From Gemmatimonadota bacterium (GTDB taxonomy: Bacteria > Gemmatimonadota > Gemmatimonadetes > Gemmatimonadales > GWC2-71-9): 11,189 nucleotides of DNA. A program made the position numbers and the translations under genes. The notes under the pieces are model-generated. The model ran no database searches and was not told the DNA's origin. It was given only the letters and a program-made list of their open reading frames with translations. The stretch lies in contig QHTZ01000038.1 in the NCBI GenBank assembly GCA_003221005.1, forward strand, positions 1-11,189, in the 5' to 3' direction. This document shows, piece by piece, positions 6,721 to 11,189 of the stretch. Each line of letters opens with the position of its first letter. Within the stretch, counting starts at the first letter, position 1.

Positions 6721-7356
6721 ATGACCGATCGCGATCAGCTGGAACAACTGAAATCCTGCGACGGTCCGACCTTTCGGGAGCTGTACGAAATCTACGCCGT
6801 ATCGATCGCCGCGCGGGAACGGAAACCTGAGGACTGGATCTGCTCGATGGTACGCGCGCCCGAGTACACGTTCTGGGTGATGAAGGGCTCGGGCGGCCTC
6901 GAAGGGTTCAGCATCCTGTTCTTGCCGCGCGCCGAGCACTTCGCACTGCTCGAGTACATGGCGGTGACGCCGGAGCGGAGGAATCGCGGCGTGGGCAGCG
7001 CATTGTTCAAGCGGACCGCCACGCGAGCCCCGAGCCTCCCCATCTTGCTCGAGGTGGACTCTGACCGTGAAGCGAGCGACGACCGAGAGATTCGCACGCG
7101 CCGACAGCAGTTCTATCGGCGTCTCGGGTGTGTCCGCATCGCCGGGCTGCACTACATCCTGCCGCTCCCGGGCGTCGGCCCTGTACCCGAGATGGACCTG
7201 ATGCTGTACTCGGCGGAGCCGCTGCGGCAACTTCCGAAGACTCAGCTGGAACGATGGCTCAGGACGATCTATCGGGATGTGTACCGCTCGTCGCCCGACG
7301 ATCCACGCATCGCCCAGATGTTGCACGACGTGCCCGACCCCGTTCGGCTCGACTGA
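6721..7356 (+). CDS. GNAT family N-acetyltransferase (211 aa)
   Basis: Acetyl-CoA binding motif A LEYMAVTPERRNRGVGSALFK, then ILLEVDS and RRQQFYRRLG. ATG 6721 is the first ATG outside the divergent oxidase gene. Confidence 0.88.
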   Translation: MTDRDQLEQLKSCDGPTFRELYEIYAVSIAARERKPEDWICSMVRAPEYTFWVMKGSGGLEGFSILFLPRAEHFALLEYMAVTPERRNRGVGSALFKRTATRAPSLPILLEVDSDREASDDREIRTRRQQFYRRLGCVRIAGLHYILPLPGVGPVPEMDLMLYSAEPLRQLPKTQLERWLRTIYRDVYRSSPDDPRIAQMLHDVPDPVRLD

Positions 7357-7376
7357 GCCTGAGAGGAGAGACCAGC

Positions 7377-7859
7377 GTGGCAGCCCTTCCGGTCGCAGCC
7401 GAGGTCATGTCGACGTGGGATAAAGCAGCGGTGATCGCCGACTCAGCGGCGGCCCTCGGCATCGTCCTCACCCTGTTCTACTCGATCTGGAGCTTCCGGA
7501 CTACACTGCGGGACAGCTACTACGCGGAGCTGGACCGCGTCTATTTCGACCTCCTGCAGATCGGTCTGGAGCACCCCGAGCTCCTGGACTTCCCCACAAG
7601 GCCCGATCCCAGCAAGGCGCGGGAGTACGATATGTACGCGTTCATGGTCTGGAACTTCGTGGAGACGGTCTTTGACCGCTGCCAGGGGTGGACGAAACGA
7701 CGCCTGCGCGAGACCTGGTATCCGGTGATCGCCGCAGAGAACGCCCGGCACCGGGCCTGGTTCAACGTTCCCGAGAACCGGCGCAAGTTCAAGGAGCCGT
7801 TTCGCCGGTTCATCGACGCGCACTACCCGACGCCACCCGCCGCCTCGCCAAGGCCGTAA
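7377..7859 (+). CDS. Hypothetical protein with one N-terminal membrane helix and an aromatic-rich helical domain (160 aa; loosely DUF4760/DUF6082-like)
   Basis: GAGAGGAG SD before GTG 7377. TM segment AAALGIVLTLFYSIWSF followed by YAELDRVYFDLLQIGLEHPEL, YAFMVWNFVETVFDRC and TWYPVI. Protein-like composition, and it fills the gap between GNAT and the reductase. Confidence 0.8.
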   Translation: MAALPVAAEVMSTWDKAAVIADSAAALGIVLTLFYSIWSFRTTLRDSYYAELDRVYFDLLQIGLEHPELLDFPTRPDPSKAREYDMYAFMVWNFVETVFDRCQGWTKRRLRETWYPVIAAENARHRAWFNVPENRRKFKEPFRRFIDAHYPTPPAASPRP

Positions 7860-7898
7860 CCTTCCAGGGACGTTGTTCCGCTATACCTTTCTCCCAAC

Positions 7899-9575
7899 AT
7901 GACCACGGCCACACCAGCAGTCCCCACGGCCACCTCGCGCACCGAGCAGCTCTTTCCAATACTGACGCCGGCACAGGTCGCGCGCATCGCGACCCATGGG
8001 CGCGTGCGACGCGTCGGGGACGACGAAGTGCTGGTGGAGCCCGGGAAGCCAGTCGCCCACTTCTTCGTCGTCACCGAGGGTCTGGTCGAGGTCTTTCGTC
8101 CGGACGGCACCGGCACAGGGCCCGAGGCGGTATTCGGCCCGGGCCAGTTCACCGGTGAAGTGACGTTGCTGTCGGGCCGGCGGGGGCTCGCCCGGATCCA
8201 GGCCGGAGCCGCCGGGGAAGTCATCGAAGTCGGTCGCGACGCGCTGCTGGCACTGATCCAGACCGACGGCGAGCTGAGCGATGTCCTCATGCGCGCTTTC
8301 ATCCTGCGGCGCGTGGAGTTGATCGCGCGCGGCGTGAGCGACGTCGTGGTCCTCGGGTCGAGTCATTGCCAGGGGACACTCCGCGTCCGGGAGTTTCTCA
8401 CGAGAAACGGACATCCCCACGCGATGCTCGACCTCGACCGCGATGCCGCCGTCCAGGAGACGCTCGATCACTTCCACATCCAACCAGCGGACATTCCCGT
8501 GGTGATCTGCCGCGGCACGCTCGTGCTGCGGAACCCGACCAATCAGCAAATCGCCGATTGTCTCGGCTTCAACGACGCCATCGATCGAGCCCAGCTGCGC
8601 GATCTGGTCGTCGTCGGCGCCGGGCCGGCGGGGCTCGCGGCGGCCGTCTACGGCGCGTCAGAAGGACTCGATGTTCTGGTGCTCGAGTCGAGCGCGCCGG
8701 GCGGCCAGGCTGGGGCAAGCTCTCGCATCGAGAACTACCTCGGCTTTCCCACCGGGATTTCCGGTCAGGAGCTTGCGGCACGGGCCTTCAACCAGGCACA
8801 GAAGTTCGGTGCCCAGCTGATGATCGGGCACGATGCCAAAGGTCTGACCTGCGATCGCAAGCCCTACGCCATCGAGCTCGACGGCGCCTCGCGGGTGTCG
8901 GCGCGTGCCGTCATCATCGCCACGGGCGCCGAGTACCGCCGCTTGTCCCTCGCGAACCTGTCGCGGTTCGAGGGCGCGGGCGTCTACTACGCGGCCACGT
9001 CCATGGAGGCCCAGCTCTGCAAAGGCGAAGAGGTGGTAGTCGTGGGCGGGGGCAACTCGGCAGGCCAGGCCGCGGTGTTCCTCGCGGAAACCACGAAACG
9101 GGTCCATATCCTCGTCCGGTCGGACGGACTCGCCGACACGATGTCGCGGTATCTGATCCGGCGCATCGAAGACCATCCGGCGATCGTCATGCATGTCCGC
9201 ACGGAAATCGTCGGCCTCGAGGGAGACCGGCATCTCGAACGCGTGCGCTGGCGGGATAAGGCGTCGGGCCGTGAAGAGACACACGACATCCGGCACGTTT
9301 TTTCCATGACTGGTGCCATCCCCAGTACCGCCTGGCTCCGGGGCTGTATCGCGCTCGACGCGCGCGGATTCATCAAGACGGGCCAGGATCTTTCTCCGGA
9401 CGATCTGGCGGCGGCGCACTGGCCACTCCCACGTGCCCCCCGCCTGCTCGAGACCAGCCTGCCGGGAGTGTTCGCGGTGGGCGACGTCCGCAGCGGCAGC
9501 GTCAAGCGCGCGGCCTCCGCGGTTGGGGAGGGCTCGATCGCGATCGCTGCCGTCCACCAGGTGCTGCACGAGTAA
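7899..9575 (+). CDS. Cyclic-nucleotide-binding-domain / glutaredoxin-like / thioredoxin-reductase-like FAD-dependent oxidoreductase fusion (558 aa)
   Basis: N-terminal cNMP fold (FFVVTEGLVEV...GPGQFTGEVTLL). Central Grx-like segment (HCQGTLRVREFLTRNG...IPVVIC). TrxB-like motifs VVVGAGPAGLAAAVY, GGQ...IENYLGFPTGISGQEL, VIIATGA, VVGGGNSA, ETSLPGVFAVGDVR and ASAVGEG. Confidence 0.93.
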   Translation: MTTATPAVPTATSRTEQLFPILTPAQVARIATHGRVRRVGDDEVLVEPGKPVAHFFVVTEGLVEVFRPDGTGTGPEAVFGPGQFTGEVTLLSGRRGLARIQAGAAGEVIEVGRDALLALIQTDGELSDVLMRAFILRRVELIARGVSDVVVLGSSHCQGTLRVREFLTRNGHPHAMLDLDRDAAVQETLDHFHIQPADIPVVICRGTLVLRNPTNQQIADCLGFNDAIDRAQLRDLVVVGAGPAGLAAAVYGASEGLDVLVLESSAPGGQAGASSRIENYLGFPTGISGQELAARAFNQAQKFGAQLMIGHDAKGLTCDRKPYAIELDGASRVSARAVIIATGAEYRRLSLANLSRFEGAGVYYAATSMEAQLCKGEEVVVVGGGNSAGQAAVFLAETTKRVHILVRSDGLADTMSRYLIRRIEDHPAIVMHVRTEIVGLEGDRHLERVRWRDKASGREETHDIRHVFSMTGAIPSTAWLRGCIALDARGFIKTGQDLSPDDLAAAHWPLPRAPRLLETSLPGVFAVGDVRSGSVKRAASAVGEGSIAIAAVHQVLHE

Positions 9576-9585
9576 AAGGAGGACG

Positions 9586-9858
9586 ATGACCACCAACGGT
9601 TCCTGCGCGCATCTCACCGCCATCTCGAGCGTGCGGCACGCCAAGCGCCGGGAGTGCGCCGAGTGCGTGAAGATCCACGCCTCCTGGGTTCATTTGCGCA
9701 CCTGCCAGGAGTGCGGCGCCACGTTGTGCTGCGATAGCTCCCCCAACAAGCACGCCTCCAAGCATGCCCGCGCCAGCGGGCATCCGGTGGTGTCGTCCGA
9801 GGAGCCGGGGGAGCGGTGGCTGTACTGCTACCCTGACGACGGCTATGCGGAGTACTGA
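9586..9858 (+). CDS. Stand-alone UBP-type zinc finger protein (90 aa)
   Basis: AAGGAGG SD at 9576-9582. Motifs CAH...CAEC...WVHLRTCQECGATLCCDSSPNKHASKHARASGHPVVSSEEPGERWLYCYPDD match the bacterial zf-UBP pattern. Confidence 0.92.
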   Translation: MTTNGSCAHLTAISSVRHAKRRECAECVKIHASWVHLRTCQECGATLCCDSSPNKHASKHARASGHPVVSSEEPGERWLYCYPDDGYAEY

Positions 9859-9876
9859 AACAGTGCAGGAGGTGCC

Positions 9877-11189
9877 ATGATCCGTCCCATCGCAGGACTC
9901 GCCTCACTCGCGTCCACGCTCGCCTTCGCTGTCTCGCTCGCCGCACAAATGCCCGAGGAGCATGGCGGACACGCGGAACGGCTTGGCCGCATACGATTCG
10001 CAACATCCTGTCGCGGTCCCGCGCAGAGCGGTGTCGAACACGGCGTCGCCTACCTGCACTCGTTTTGGTATGAGAAGGCGGCAGAGACCTTCCGCGCGGC
10101 GGCCGCCGCGGATTCGACCTGCGCCATGGCCTTCTGGGGGCAGGCGATGAGCCTGCTGCACCCGCTGTGGACGCCGCCCTCCGCGGCCGACGCGCAGGTC
10201 GCCATGACCGCGATAGATCGCGGCCTGGCCCAGGCCAGGACCGCGCGCGAGCGCGGTTATTTGGGTGCGATCCGAGCTTACTACGCCGACTACGACCAGA
10301 CGGATCCCAAGACGCGGCTCGTCCGCTACGCGCAGGCGATGGACGCCGTGCGGCGGCGTAGTCCCTCAGACAGCGAAGCCACGATCTTCTACGCGCTCTC
10401 CCTCATCGCGGTAGGGCAGGCGAACGCGACTGATACGACATTCACCTACCAGAAGCGAGCCGACTCGATCCTCGAGCCGTTGTTCCGGCGTGAGCCTCAG
10501 CACCCAGGCCTAGCACACTACCTGATCCACACGAACGACGTGCCACAGCTTGCGGAGCATGGGCTGTACGCCGCGCGGCGCTACGCCGAGATCGCGCCCG
10601 ACGTCCCGCACGCCCAGCACATGCCGTCACACATCTTCACGCGGCTCGGCCTGTGGGACGACGATATCGCGTCGAACACGCGCTCGGCGGGGGCCGCCCG
10701 CGCCTACGAGGTCGACCGGGGGCTCACCGCGATGTGGGATCAGCGGGCCCACTCGCTCGACTACCTCGAGTATGGGTACTTGCAGGGGGGGCGCGATACC
10801 GCGGCGCGGCGCGTCGTGGACGAGGCCGCGGCCGCTCCGGCCGGCTATCCCGCGGGCTCCCTCACGCACGAGTACGCGTTCGCGGCCATTCCCGCACGCT
10901 TCGCGCTCGAGCGCGGCCAGTGGGCCGAGGCGGCGCGGCTTGCCGTTCGCCCCGCGCCCGAGTGGCCCGCCGCCGAGGGCGTCACGCATTTCGCCCGCGC
11001 GCTAGGCGCCGTGCGCAGCGGCGACACGGCGGCGGCCCGCCGGGAGATACTCGTCCTCGTGCAGATCGAGGGCACGCTCACGGCGAAGGGCGGAGCCCAG
11101 GCTTACTGGCCCGGACAGCTCGCCATCCAGCAGCTCGCGGCTTCCGCGTGGCTCGAACTGGCAGCGGGAGATACCGCCCACGCCGTCCT
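9877..11189 (+). CDS. Secreted TPR-like alpha-helical protein with conserved-looking His motifs (more than 437 aa, continues off the right edge)
   Basis: Not in the ORF track. AGGAGGT SD at 9867-9873, ATG 9877, and the frame is open to the window end. Signal peptide MIRPIAGLASLASTLAFAVSLAA, then LGRIRFATSC, GVAYLHSFWYEKA, CAMAFWGQAMS, HPGLAHYLIH, PHAQHMPSHIFTRLGLW and HSLDYLEY. Confidence 0.85.
   Translation, partial: MIRPIAGLASLASTLAFAVSLAAQMPEEHGGHAERLGRIRFATSCRGPAQSGVEHGVAYLHSFWYEKAAETFRAAAAADSTCAMAFWGQAMSLLHPLWTPPSAADAQVAMTAIDRGLAQARTARERGYLGAIRAYYADYDQTDPKTRLVRYAQAMDAVRRRSPSDSEATIFYALSLIAVGQANATDTTFTYQKRADSILEPLFRREPQHPGLAHYLIHTNDVPQLAEHGLYAARRYAEIAPDVPHAQHMPSHIFTRLGLWDDDIASNTRSAGAARAYEVDRGLTAMWDQRAHSLDYLEYGYLQGGRDTAARRVVDEAAAAPAGYPAGSLTHEYAFAAIPARFALERGQWAEAARLAVRPAPEWPAAEGVTHFARALGAVRSGDTAAARREILVLVQIEGTLTAKGGAQAYWPGQLAIQQLAASAWLELAAGDTAHAV

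Noticed and set aside
5419-7356. ORF-track 635-aa minus ORF (5419-7326) and 408-aa plus ORF (6130-7356) overlapping over about 1.2 kb, suggesting dual-coding or fusion proteins
   Set aside because: Each extension is the in-register antisense frame of the other real gene. Such frames are often stop-free in high-GC DNA, and the extensions contain no recognisable motifs.
9313-9585. N-terminal extension of the ZnF-UBP ORF overlapping the reductase 3' end (possible frameshift fusion)
   Set aside because: A strong AAGGAGG SD precedes ATG 9586, and the reductase frame is intact to its own TAA.
8366-9644. 297-aa plus, 328-aa minus and 172-aa minus ORFs inside the reductase gene
   Set aside because: Alternative-frame or antisense shadows of a well-supported gene.
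9904-11081. Several short ORFs on both strands at the right end
   Set aside because: All lie within the continuous plus-strand frame starting at 9877.
1-11189. CRISPR arrays, tRNA/rRNA, IS elements, integrases, long repeats or abrupt compositional islands
   Set aside because: None seen on reading either strand. Intergenic gaps are at most about 300 bp and composition looks uniform by eye.

Overview
High-GC bacterial window (roughly 70% GC by eye). It holds 13 supportable CDSs and no mobile elements, CRISPR arrays or RNA genes. Left to right: the 5' end of a cbb3-type cytochrome c oxidase subunit I gene (minus strand, runs off the left edge, absent from the ORF track); YciI/DGPF protein (-); SRPBCC protein (-); DUF1579-like putative lipoprotein (+); a translationally coupled pair of exported nuclease-type enzymes, S1/P1 nuclease and EEP-family lipoprotein (-); CPBP/CAAX intramembrane protease (+); flavin amine oxidase (-); and a tight five-gene plus-strand run of GNAT, small membrane-anchored unknown, cNMP-Grx-like-TrxR fusion lacking CxxC, stand-alone ZnF-UBP protein and a secreted His-rich TPR-like protein (runs off the right edge, absent from the ORF track). 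The most striking non-coding signal is two copies of an ECF42-type sigma promoter motif, (T/G)GTCGA-N17-CG(T/A)C. One lies upstream of SRPBCC-DGPF, the expected target type. The other lies upstream of the EEP-S1/P1 pair, suggesting an ECF42-controlled exported nuclease module. All family calls come from motif recognition by eye, with no database searches.
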